Source: Eutreptiella sp. 'Long Island Sound 2002' (taxonomy: Eukaryota > Protista > Euglenida). Taken from it: a stretch of DNA of 64,000 nt. The notes beneath the pieces were generated by a model, which was not told where the DNA came from, ran no database searches, and was given only the letters and a program-made list of their open reading frames with translations. This document shows positions 36,069-47,426 of this stretch, piece after piece. Made by a program: the position numbers and the translations under genes. Positions within the stretch are counted from its first letter, which is position 1. The number at the start of each line of letters is the position of its first letter. The stretch covers positions 14,198,001 through 14,262,000 of the forward strand of contig OZ038378.1 in assembly GCA_964036045.1 (NCBI GenBank), in the 5' to 3' direction.

Positions 36069-37205
36069 TGGGGCATGTAGATATTAGTGGCGAAGGTATC
36101 TCCATGCGCCCGATTGGGGATCCAAGTGGGGGAATTGTTCGCAAATGGTTCCAATCATTTGTGTATTGAATCATGAGCGGATATCATGGGTGAGCATAGA
36201 GATACACTATCATGACAACTTTGTATTTGGACATATTTTCGTGTTTTTGACCTCATTTTATGCTCATTTTTGTGTTTTATGTGCTCAACTGGTCGGCTAA
36301 CAGCAAAGTGCCTAGAGATCCGTGAACTATGGTATGTTGCTTATATGTTGGCATATGCTTCGGTGTTGCACCTCACCATATGCCGGATCACGTAGTCACT
36401 TTGGCTTGGCACACGAGGCCTCACAAAATTAGGTCTCAAATTCATGAGCTGACTTGTGAAGCATGTCATGTACATAACCGAAGGAGTTTCGGAGCCAATG
36501 AAGGGATATTCTTGGGCATGGACCGTTGGTCTATATCACCCTTGTATATTACTTTCCGGTTTGACACATGCATGGAGCATATGAACATTTGCCATGTGCA
36601 TTTTTGAGCATATAATTGATTTTTGGACATAATGGTGTGATTTGCCTGATTTTACCATGTTGTGATGTCATCTTCATGGGGCAGTTCTCCAAGCCCATTC
36701 GACTCCAAGTCCAACCAAGGTTATGTCAGGGTAGGGCATGGTCCTGAGTGCCACTCTAGGCCATGACACGCCACCTCCCCTATTGGGCTAGGAATTAGAG
36801 GCTTGGGAGTGAACACATTTTTGGGGTTTATGTAATGACTTTTGACATGTGGCATTTAACCATCTTATTGGACTGGGTTCAGGGCATCATGTTGGTGAGT
36901 CAAGGGAAGGTCTTGAGTCCAGGGAATGAGGGGTCTACGGTTGTGATTGCATAAGTTTCCATCTTTCCCCAACTTTGCTTTAATTGTGTTCATATGTCAA
37001 TTTCAGGGCTTTCTTCCTTGGTGCAATTCTTGTACATGCCCGCCACCGTGGGAATACCGGTGTGCTGAACGAAAGCCCGCAGCCTGATTTGGATTGTGAA
37101 TTGGGTTATTGTTGGAGTTGTGGGATCTGGTTGCCATTCAGGGTTGAAGGAGGATTGTATTTTCTATTTTTTATATTTTTGGTTTTGGACCCTGGATTTT
37201 GATAA

Positions 37206-40200
37206 ATGCAAGCATTGATCCGGAGCAAGTCAGCGGGGATTACTGGCGGAAGGGGCACAGCGGGGGCCGGTCCTGGTAGGGACCTTCTTTATGGTAGCAG
37301 AGGCTTACCTGCTGCCCCTACCAACCGCCGACCCGGGGACTTGGGCCCTCATGAGCCCTGCCCAAGTACGCCCCGGGTGCGCATTGTGGACTCGGTGGAG
37401 ACCACGCCGGAGATTAGAGCCATAGAAGGACCGAGACGTTCAAGAGCATGGCGAACTCCGGAATTTGAAGCCCGAAGAGAAGAACGACACTCGGGAAGAG
37501 GAGGACGTGACATGGAGGACCTCGTCTCCATGTGTGAGCGTCGCTGCCGAAAGGCATGCAACCTCCGCTCCGCCGCGGAGGACTCTGATGAGGCATGCCA
37601 TTCAGGCAGCAGTGGAGGACGGGCCCGGCGCTACCGGAAGCGCGGGTCACCCAAGTCCGCGGCAAGGGACGCCGGGGCTATGGACACGGACCCCAGCCCG
37701 GTCAGGCTGTGGGAATCCGAGGGGCACTCCGAGGGCTATCGGACAGCCCACGAGCCACCTTCGGAGCCGGAGATGTCCGCGCCGATCGCCAGGGCGCATA
37801 CGGCCCCCGAGCCCGCCCTGCAGCACGACGCCGAGGGCTTGGAGAGGCCAGCCAGGGCCCGGACGGCACCTGTGCCCCGGCACACGGGCCCAGAGACGGA
37901 CGCCATAGGCGATACACCTATGGGCGATGAGTCGGAGGTGCCGGGAACCGCGGGATGTGCTGAATCCGGCGGAAAGCACGCTGCGTGCCACTGCGAGCAC
38001 GTGTCCTTCCTCATGGGCAAGTACCCGAAGATGGGGATGGACGCCATCGTGAACCATCTTGACCGCCTGGACAACGCCAAGGATGCTCTAGAGGAGGACG
38101 TCGCGGGGATCCTGGACGACCAGTCGGCCGCGGAGAACCACATGGAGGAGCTGCGAGCGGATCAGGCCCGGTACCGGGAGAATCTGGAGCTGGCCCTGCA
38201 GAAGCAGCAGCAAGTGGTGGACAGCCTCCTCCACTTAGTGGAGGACATGTCGGGACGCCTGAGAAGGCTAGAGGAGCGACAGCCCCTTGCCTCGGGTCCG
38301 GAGCTCCCGGCAAAGCCGGCCGCGGTAGAGCTGGTGGAGCGGGTTAAGACCCTCAGGAGCGCCATGGAGAAACCCATGGGCGGCCCTGCAGAGGCACCCT
38401 ACGCGCCTCCGCGTGTTGACCCGGGTGCGCTGCCGTTTGTTCCCCTGTTCAGCGAGTCAACAATGCTCGGGGAACACACGGCACCAGCTGGGTCCAGGCG
38501 GGAAGGGCACGTAGCCACGGACCCGAGGAGCCTGACGGTGCAGATGTCCCACGCCGCCCAGGATCTACCGCCATCCACGACTACCTATGCAGTTTATGCG
38601 GAAGAGGAGATCCAGAACCAGACCACGCAGGGGCAAACCATGGGAAGGGCCGACGGACATGGTCGAGGGCATCCAAGCGGAAATCTGTGGGCGAAGGACC
38701 CCAATACGGGGATATGGACGGCCGATGGAAGAAGTCCTTCCCGCATTCCAAACCCCATGGGTTCAGACCCAACTGGACCGCACTCTATGGAGGAGAGGGA
38801 TGTACGGGGAGTGTACTCAAACCCCCCGGCCACAGGTGGTATCCGTCTCGGTGGAGTGGTGGCTGGAGACGTCGGAGACGCCATCAGGATCGACGACCTC
38901 AGGGGAATCAAAATCCCCTATTATGACGGGAACCCGTCCAACCTGGATGACTTCATCCTGGACTGGGAGGACTTCGCCGAGGAGGTCGTCGGCGAGATGC
39001 GGGGAGCGCCGCGGGACAAGTGGGTATGCCGGACATTCCCACACCGGCTGGCGCAGGACCTCAAGGAGGAGCTGCGGGATCAGATCCGGGAAGGATTGAT
39101 CCGCACGGAGCAGGCCTGCCTCCAGTGGCTGGAGGATGAGGAGCGGGTGGACGCTCCTAACCAGAAGCTGGAGGACCTGTGGTCCATTCCACTGCCGCTG
39201 GACCGCGGTGAGTTGCGGGTCCGGGAGTGGAACCGGTATCTGCGGAAGTACCGCAGATGCCTCAAGTTGGTGGAAGACTGGAACGAGGCCAGTGAGATCC
39301 GCCACTTGCTGAAGGACGTCCTCCCCGGCAGCTGGAAGAGGAGAGTGGAGGACGAGGAGAAGAACCGCGCCAAGCGACGGGTGGCGGTGAGGATTATGGC
39401 GGCGGAGGATACCCATGCGGGTATCATGGAGTTCTTCAGGAGGAACCTAGGCGAACCCGACCGGATGTTGGGCCTGAAGAACGCCGTGTACGTGGAGGTA
39501 TTCGGGGACTCCATGGGGCAAAGGTTGCTGCGCCTCAACAACGTGGAGTGGAGGCGCGGGGAGCCGCTGAAGATGCAAGTCATCTTCGCTCGCATGAGCC
39601 TGGACGAGATCGTGAAGTACATCACGGTGGAGTTGAAGCTCAATGCGAAGAACGAGGCCCACGTGCAGGATCGGCATGGTCATGGACAACGAGGACACCG
39701 AGACGACCGCCATCATCGGGAGATCCAGGAGGACACGGCCAACTCCGCGGAGGATGGAAGTGGAAGTGGCCAAGACCACTGGTCCCGGGAGGATCACGAG
39801 GAGGCCCATTTCTTCGCGTTCGTGGCGCACAACGTGAAGAACCATGGGCAGGATCGGTCCAGATGGAGCCAGGTGGGACCCAGGAAGAACAGAGAAGGAC
39901 CAAGGAGGATCGGGAACCCACCGCTCTCGTTCCGAGAGTACAGGTCTCAGCACGATGGGTGCTGGGTCTGTTATGGCAAGGGACACAACCATGCACACGA
40001 CCACCGTCAGTGCAAGGTGTATGAGGCGGACAAGAAGGCCTACTTCGCCGCTCACCCCGAGAAGAAGCCCAAGGAGCAGCGGATTTCCGACTGGAAGGCG
40101 AAGGGCGGAGACGGGGGAAAAGGCCAAGGCAAAGGCCAAGGAAAAGGCGGAGGAAGAGGCTATGGTGGTGGACCTGGTCAAGACCGACGAGTGAGGTCGA

Positions 40201-40316
40201 TCGAGGAAGTTGCTGAGGACATGTTGAGGACGTTGGCGGAACTCAAAGCCCAGCAAAGTGGAGGACAAAGTCCTGGCGGATCGCAGCCGGAAGGGGCTGC
40301 GGGAAGCCAAGTCTAG
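37206..40316 (+). CDS. gag: Gag polyprotein (1036 aa)
   Basis: Long ORF with a disordered/coiled-coil N-terminus, capsid-like KIPYYDGNPSNLDDFILDWEDF and an atypical CCHC-like knuckle at 39960-40013. Ends at TAG, in frame with pol. Confidence 0.9.
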   Translation: MQALIRSKSAGITGGRGTAGAGPGRDLLYGSRGLPAAPTNRRPGDLGPHEPCPSTPRVRIVDSVETTPEIRAIEGPRRSRAWRTPEFEARREERHSGRGGRDMEDLVSMCERRCRKACNLRSAAEDSDEACHSGSSGGRARRYRKRGSPKSAARDAGAMDTDPSPVRLWESEGHSEGYRTAHEPPSEPEMSAPIARAHTAPEPALQHDAEGLERPARARTAPVPRHTGPETDAIGDTPMGDESEVPGTAGCAESGGKHAACHCEHVSFLMGKYPKMGMDAIVNHLDRLDNAKDALEEDVAGILDDQSAAENHMEELRADQARYRENLELALQKQQQVVDSLLHLVEDMSGRLRRLEERQPLASGPELPAKPAAVELVERVKTLRSAMEKPMGGPAEAPYAPPRVDPGALPFVPLFSESTMLGEHTAPAGSRREGHVATDPRSLTVQMSHAAQDLPPSTTTYAVYAEEEIQNQTTQGQTMGRADGHGRGHPSGNLWAKDPNTGIWTADGRSPSRIPNPMGSDPTGPHSMEERDVRGVYSNPPATGGIRLGGVVAGDVGDAIRIDDLRGIKIPYYDGNPSNLDDFILDWEDFAEEVVGEMRGAPRDKWVCRTFPHRLAQDLKEELRDQIREGLIRTEQACLQWLEDEERVDAPNQKLEDLWSIPLPLDRGELRVREWNRYLRKYRRCLKLVEDWNEASEIRHLLKDVLPGSWKRRVEDEEKNRAKRRVAVRIMAAEDTHAGIMEFFRRNLGEPDRMLGLKNAVYVEVFGDSMGQRLLRLNNVEWRRGEPLKMQVIFARMSLDEIVKYITVELKLNAKNEAHVQDRHGHGQRGHRDDRHHREIQEDTANSAEDGSGSGQDHWSREDHEEAHFFAFVAHNVKNHGQDRSRWSQVGPRKNREGPRRIGNPPLSFREYRSQHDGCWVCYGKGHNHAHDHRQCKVYEADKKAYFAAHPEKKPKEQRISDWKAKGGDGGKGQGKGQGKGGGRGYGGGPGQDRRVRSIEEVAEDMLRTLAELKAQQSGGQSPGGSQPEGAAGSQV

Positions 40317-43300
40317 AGGAGCCCCCACGGGAGTGGGACCTCGGAGGTCTCTCCTCCGAAAATCAGTGGAATCCCTGAGAAGGCGAAGGCACATCGGGTG
40401 CCGAAGAAGGCTCCGGAAGAGCCAAAACCACTGAGTTTCGCCACTCCCAACCCCTGGAGCGCCCTGCCAAGGGAAGTACATGTGGGTACGGGACATGGCA
40501 AGAAGGAAGGAGCGACCACGGAGAGCCCCGTGGACGGGCAGGACCAACCCAAGATCTACACCATCTGTGACCATACCCTTGAAGTCCTGATGCACCCGGA
40601 CGTGCTAGAGTTGCATGCCGTGAGAGTCGTCCATACACCTCATGGCGACGAGCGGCAGTTGCACTTGAAAGTGCGAGTACGGTGCGGACGAGAGGAGAAG
40701 GTGGTGGATGTGTTGGTGGATACGGGTGCCCAGGTGAGCCTGGTCCGGAGAGGGTTGTTCAAGGAGGAATTCCTGCAGCCCAGCCGGAGACCGGTCCGCC
40801 TGAAGGTCGCCAACGGAGAGATTATGGGTGGTGGCACCCATGAGGCCACTATCAGTATGGAATTCTGGGAACATGAGCGCTTGAACCGCCCTGATCAGGC
40901 GAAGAGAAGCACTCTATCCGGGAACTTCTACGTGGCCGACATTACTGATTGGGATATGATCATGGGGTACGACTTCATGGTGGCCAACGCCATTGGAGCC
41001 CTTCCCCATCGCGCAACGCTGGTCCGGGAGGACGACGAATGCCTAACATGGCTGTCCACGGATTATGCGTGCGGGTCATCCCAATGGAATGCTGAGGACG
41101 AGGATCGGATCGTCCGAGCGGTGCAAGCTGTGGGTGCCAAGTCCAGAGGAGACCGTGGAGTTCAGCTCACGGAGTATGGAATGGCGCCGCAAGTGTACAC
41201 CAGAATGATTCAGACGCTGGGAGCTGAAGTGCCCGAGACGGACGTCTTCGCTTCCCGGGATGCCCCACTTCTGCGGAAGTGTAGGAGGCATTGGCATCGA
41301 GGAGACTCAGCCTGGCACAGGCATTGGGGTTTGAAGGAGTGGGGACCCATGTATTGGCATGGCTCCCTAGATAACACCAGACGTACGGTGGAGAAGATCA
41401 TCGCGGATAGGGCGAAGGGGATCCTGGTCATAACCGGCATAGGTTCCACCCCATGTCCGCTGGAGGGTCTCAAGTCGACGCTGGACTCCATCACCCTGAA
41501 CGAGATGTCATTCGGGCCAGAGGAGGAGTTGTTCATCGACGCCAAGGGTGTATCAATGCCCTCCCCGGGTCAAGCGTGGGGTACCAAGGTTTTCCTGGTG
41601 GATGGGGCGCAAGCCCAGCCCACGGGTGATGAAGCATTCATCCGTAGGGTGGAGGCGGTGCCCATGAAGGTCATGTTTGAGCTCAAGGAGGGGACGGATC
41701 AGCCAATTGATGGCATTGACGTCCTGTCCCACGCCGAGATCGACGACGTCGTCAACTACATGCGGATGGGGATGCACGACCGTGTGGCAGCCAAGAAGAG
41801 GCGGGCCATGGTCACATCTCCGCATTGGTGGGATGACAAGATGTTGGTCACCGGCAAGTACGAGAAGGACGAGTTCGTGGCGAGGGTCATGGACCACATC
41901 GCGGACCAATACGATGGTCCGGTTGGGTCGGACCCACCAACGTGGGATTTTCCAAGAATGGGTGCCGATAGCGACAGTCACCAGCCCGATGCCGCAAATT
42001 TTCGAAGATTATCGGTGGGAAGAGCTCCCCACGACGATGAAGACGGCATATCGGACGAGGAGAAGTCGGAATCGGACCCAGAAGAGGCCTACACCGCAGT
42101 GCGGTCGGTTGTATCTATACCGAAGCAAGCGGCTGAGGAGGCCCAGGAGAACCCGAAGGTCGCCGAGCTGAAGGAGAGGCTGATCAAGGCCTATCCGCGG
42201 CTATTCAGTGGCGTCGCCAACAAGAACCCTCCAGATCGTGGGAGGTTTGGTACAGCGAAGATCAAGCTGAAGCCGAACCCGAAGATCTATCGTCATCGGG
42301 AGTACCAACTTCAGGGCGATCGGGCCGAGGCCATGAAGAAGCTGTTGGCCGAGTTCATTGAGCGGGGATGGATCGAACCCTCCGACAGTGAGTGGGCCAG
42401 CCCAGCCTTCATCGTGCCCAAGAAGGAGAAGGGCGAGTGGAGGTTGGTGGTTGATTACAGAGGTTTGAACGAGCAGACCGAGCACGACTCGTACTCGCTC
42501 CCCCTGATCGACTCCATCCTCCAAAAGCAACAGAAAAAGCGGATCTTCACGGTGTTGGACCTGAAACACGGTTACCACCAGATGCCGCTACACCCGGACT
42601 CCAGGCCCTGCACAGCGATGTCGACGCCGCTTGGGCCCATGCAGTGGAAAGTGGTGCCTATGGGTGCCAAGAATGGCAACGCCGTTTTCCAGCGCATGAT
42701 GGAGGACCTACTCGGTCCTGTCCGGGACTGTGCCGATCCCTTCGTGGATGACATCATCATCGGGTCCGGCACGGAGAACATGACTGAGGACGAGCTCATC
42801 GACGCGCATGAGAAGGATCTGCGCCGAGTGCTCAGCGAGTTGGACAAACACAACATGGTGTGCAAGCCCACCAAAGCCTCACTATTCGTGAAGGAAGTGG
42901 AGTTCGCGGGTCACGTGGTTGGTCACGGGCAACGCCGTCCCATGCCTGGGAAGCTGGCGTCCCTGCACCACTGGGAGAAGCCCCAGACCATCAGCGAACT
43001 CCGGTCCTTCATGGGGTTCTGCAACTACTATTCGGGCTATGTCCGGATGTATGCAGAACTGTCGGGGCCGCTGCACAAGATGCTGCAAGTGGGCAAGTTC
43101 GATGGCCGGAAGGGGAGCAAGAAGAAGCTTGCCTGGACCCCTGAGGCTGAGGATGCGTTCAACCGCCTGAAGGAGCGACTCCTGGGGCAGTTGGGGTTGT
43201 TCCTGGTGGACCCGGACAAGGGATTCGTGCTACGGACAGACGCCTCGGACTATGCCGTGGGGGCAGTCCTCGAGCAAGTCCGGGACGACGGGACTCATGT

Positions 43301-45383
43301 TCCCGTGGCGTTTTGGAGCAGGATCCTGGCCGAGGGCCAACGCCGAACATGGACCGCGAGGGAGAAGGAGACATACGCCATTGTATGTGCGCTCAGGAAG
43401 TGGTCTGGCCACATCGGACTGCAGCCGGTGGTGGTTTGCACGGACCACCAGTCCCTACAGAGCTGGCACAAGGAGCATGTCGACACCCCCTCAGGACCAG
43501 CGGCTAGGAGGGCCCGATGGCACGAGACGTTCGCCAAGTTCGACCTCAGCGTCGTGTATATCCCGGGGAAGGACAACACTGTGGCAGATTGCCTCAGTCG
43601 CTGGGCCTACCCCGCGGGCAAGGCGTGGATGGACATATCCAGCCATGGGGACGCTGAGGAGACCGAGGAGGCCAAGCGCATCATCGAGATGGAGAAGGTC
43701 ATGGAGCAAGAGGGGGTCAAGTGCTTTGTGGTGATGGCAAACCGTACGGACCTGGCCAAGTTCCGGGGTGCCCGCGTCCAAGCTATTCGAGAGGAAACCC
43801 TCGAGCAATGGATGGTGGCCCCTGTACAGCTAGTCAGGTCGGTGCTCACAGAGGACTGGTCGGATGACTACGCGGCATCCGAGCACTGGAGCAAGTACTG
43901 GAATGCCGTGAGCGCCCCGTCGGACGACGAATGGCCCGAGGGCTTGACCGAGGATGGCGACAAGTTGTTCCTCAAGGACAAGCTGCTGGTGCCCGAGAAC
44001 CGAGTGGAGGAGCTCATTGACCATTGGCACAACGCCCAGCTCATGCATCCTGGCCGAGACAAGATGCAGCAGGACCTGGAGTGGCGTTTCAAGTTCCCTC
44101 CGGGGTACTACGCCATCCTGGATAGGTACTGCAGCGACTGTGCCGTGTGTCGGGCCACGAAGAGCCCTAACCACTCCACAGCGGGCAACCCGGTGTATAC
44201 GGCTATACCGGAGGCCCCTATGCGGTCCGTGGCCATGGATGTGTTCGCCATGCCGGAGGTCACCGTGGAAGGAGAGACATACGACTGTGTCATCCTGGCG
44301 GTGGACAGGCACAGCGGGTATATCGTGGCAGTCCCGGGCAAGAAGTCCAAGAAGAAGGACAAGAAGGACAAGCATGGAGTGGGGCTGTAGGCCAAGACCG
44401 TCGCTAATGCCATGATCAGGCATTGGCTGACGATTTTCGATATCCCAGCTGTCATCTGCAGCGATCGGGGCAGTCAATTCGTGGGGACGTGGTTCAAAAC
44501 GATGTGCAAGCATATGGGGATTCGGCATGCCAAGACCGTGGCATACCACAGCCGGTCGAATGGCCGTGCTGAAGTGGCCGGGCGACAGATGTTCGAGAAG
44601 TTCCGCCAGCTGCACATTGACGAACTGGGCCGGAACTGGTATAACTCGCTGTGGAGAGTGCTCCAAGCGTATCACGACCTTCCGGGACCCACTGGACTGT
44701 CGCCCCATCGCATCCTGTTCCTACGGGATCGAGTGTCACGCACTCTCCCGTGGATGAACCATGGCAAAGTGGCACGGGATGCGAACGCTATGATGTCTGA
44801 GGCGGACGACACGGCGGCCAAGGTGTGCAAGGCACTTCAGGACGAGCATGACAAGAGGGCCAAGTACTTCAAGCAGGGAAAAGTCCAGAAGTATGCTCTC
44901 CAAGACACCGTGTGTGTGGAGCGGCACCACAAGGATGTCCTGTCCAGGCATCGGCAGGCATCTTGGTATGTGCCGGGGGTAATCGTGCGGAAGGTCGGGC
45001 AGGATGTGTATGCGGTTCGTGCGGGGGATAACAAGATCCTGGACCGCGACCATACCCAGCTTCGTCCCCGAGCACCAGACCCCAGCGGACGTCCCGTCAC
45101 CTTCGAGTTCACGGCCGGCGATGTGGACTCGGACGACGAGGGTGAGGACGACGATTTCACCGCGGAGAAGATCCTGGCGGACAAGCCGGACCCGGGGACG
45201 CCTGGGGGAAGGCTTTATAAAGTCCGATGGAAGGGATTCGCCGCGTCCAGGGACTCGTGGGAACCTCCGAGCAGTTTCGTGCCGAGGTATACCACGGTCT
45301 GGATGGACTACCTAAAGAAAAAGGGTATTTCTTTGGATGTCAAGGACGTATTGGTCCATTTGGTTGCTGCAGTAGCACCGTAA
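40317..45383 (+). CDS. pol: Pol polyprotein: aspartic protease, Dam-like MTase-fold insert, RT, RNase H, integrase, chromodomain; one in-frame TAG at 44388-44390
   Basis: Protease LVDTGAQ (40719). RT WASPAFIVPKK, RLVVDYRGLN and FVDD. RNase H TDASDYAVGAVL. Integrase H..H/C..C, AMDVF, SDRGSQF and SNGRAE. Chromodomain AEKILADK..YKVRWKGF..DSWEP. Confidence 0.93.
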
Positions 45384-45766
45384 TGGATCCCCCCTTGGCA
45401 TTTTGTCTGTTTCTGTGAATGGGGAGACAAGTGAGGGCGTTCATCCGGGGATTTTTCGGCCTTGATCGGCCATATACCCCCTTCACTCGATCTCCACATA
45501 TATATTGCATTGTGGTATACTTATTTAGGTCGACCGACGACGTTTTTCTATCTTTGATCCCCTTGGTCCATGTTGTAGATCAAGAGGAGACCGGATATGG
45601 CGTAGGGCGCTGATTATCAGTGTCCTCACCCCTCCCTTGGGGCATGGGGGACGCCTACGACGTGTGTGGGGCCTCCATGTGTCCTTGGGACATGGAGGGG
45701 GGGTTTGGAGCCCATTGGGGTCCTCCCGTCCTCTCTTCATTGGTTTCCGAGCGGATAAAACGCTCT

Positions 45767-45777
45767 GAGAAGGGGGG
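45767..45777 (+). promoter_or_regulatory. polypurine tract (plus-strand primer)
   Basis: GAGAAGGGGGG abuts the TG start of the 3' LTR. Confidence 0.85.
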
Positions 45778-46916
45778 TGAAGCCGGTTCGGACCCCCGTG
45801 GCCATCTTGGGGTCACTTGGGGTGTGTATCTATGTGCCGGCAAGCCGCCATTGGCTGATATCATACTCTCCCATCCACCTGGACTAACCCGATGTGATAG
45901 TGTGATAGGTTTGGCCATTCCGGCTATGAGCGGCCATATTCAGAACCGAGGCACCGCCAGCGGAGATTTATATATCGGAATATGGGGAATCAACAGGGTT
46001 TTATTATCATAATGTTTCCGTAATTTTTCAGCCTTGCGTTCTGGTGGTCAATGTATCGGCGACTGTCAGTTGGCTCGCGATTTTGCGTTAACCGACTGGT
46101 TAACTGTTATTTCCAGATATTTTGGCGGAAACGTTTCTGAAGGGTCAGATTTCATCTGTAAAGGGTTCGTTGCTTCCGCAATTTTCTAAATAAGCACTCG
46201 AAATTTTAATCGGAATTTTTCGTGATGTCGAAATCGGATTTTCGACTTCGACATCGCCGCACTTGATTTGGACTTCTTCGAGTGGTCATACTCCTTCCCC
46301 TATGCCCGAATCAGGTTTCCCTTATACTTGCCACCCATTTGACTTGGAGATATAAGGGAAACAAAATCGAATCGTGGGATCACTTTGAAGAGCCATATCT
46401 ACGCGCGAGTGTGAGGAATGAGAATAAGGAAGGTTGGGTTGGAACTGCCTTGGTCTCAACTTAATTTAGGAAGCATCAAACGCCTTTGGTGCGCACACAT
46501 GCCCGGTGTAGCAAGGGAAAAGGGTCAAGAGGGTATAAAGTGATATATAACTCTTGGACCGTGCAACCGAATATTTTAATGCGACTTTCGAGTGTGCCGC
46601 ATGAGTGTTGGGGTTGTATAGCAACTTTCCTTGGGTTCCTACGTATTTTTAACGTGAAGTTATGTCAATGGAGGGACATGGCATATCATGGTGGGAGCCA
46701 CATTTTGAGGGTATTTGTTATATGCATGGTATATGTTTGATATGCTCACGCCCATGTTATATATCTGCGTGTGGCCGAAGAGATGGGGAGCCATACGTGA
46801 CAAGGGCTTTGCCCATGTCCCAATTGTGGAATTCAAAGCGCTAGACCAAGTCTACCGCATATGTATTGCTCATGGTATGTTTGACAAAGAGATCCATGGG
46901 TGCACTCCCATTTTCA
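45778..46916 (+). repeat. 3' LTR
   Basis: Direct repeat of 34930-36068. Confidence 0.95.
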
Positions 46917-46917
46917 T

Positions 46918-47055
46918 GTGTTGCTCCGAGGTTGCATCAACTTGTCTGAGGCTACGGTCCAAGATACGATGCATTGCATCCGGGAGTTGTCGGAGATACG
47001 GATAGTTCTCTGCGGATACGGCAGGGGATACGGTAGTGTTGCTCCGAGGTTGCGC
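46918..47055 (+). repeat. 118-bp tandem unit interrupted by the LTR element
   Basis: GTGTTGCTCCGAGGTTGC occurs at 46918 and 47036. Segment 46985-47038 matches the left flank 34876-34929. Confidence 0.85.
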
Positions 47056-47426
47056 AAAACTGTTTGCGTTGAATGCCATTACAGCGTCTCATGCTTGTCT
47101 CTTAGACCATGCATGACGTGGACGACAGGTGACGACGACCAGTGGGAGGCCAAGCCGTAACATTTGCCTGTGGTGGACTTTCCCACGTGCTTGGATGGTC
47201 CACAATTTTCCAAGGTGGATAGTATTTTTATACTATGGACATTGTCCGTGGGATGCAGCATTCTAGAGTGTGGTGCGGAACCCCCCCAATTTTGGGTGTT
47301 GTTAATATGCTTGGAACCCGGAAATTCACATGTTACATGGGTGCACTATGATGCAACAATGTGCCTTGTATGTTTCGTTTGCCCGATATTGCTCGTTTTG
47401 CACTTTTTGCGATGTGATCTTTCCGT

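Larger units (their letters stand above)
34930..46916 (+). mobile_element. full-length Ty3/Gypsy chromodomain LTR retrotransposon (11,987 bp)
   Basis: Two 1139-bp LTRs with TGAA...TTCA termini, a PPT, and domain order gag-PR-RT-RH-IN-chromodomain. Confidence 0.97.

Noticed and set aside
37206-45383. Genome-wide reassignment of UAG to an amino acid, which would make the retroelement one intact 2725-codon ORF
   Set aside because: The reconstructed host exons (about 1500 codons) contain no in-frame TAG. TAG is very rare relative to CAG in pol, and TGA interruptions also occur, so mutation or local readthrough explains the data better.
34469-47160. Reading the 54-bp match between the left flank and 46985-47038 as a giant target-site duplication
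   Set aside because: The right copy is separated from the LTR by 68 bp and belongs to the next 118-bp tandem unit, so it predates the insertion.
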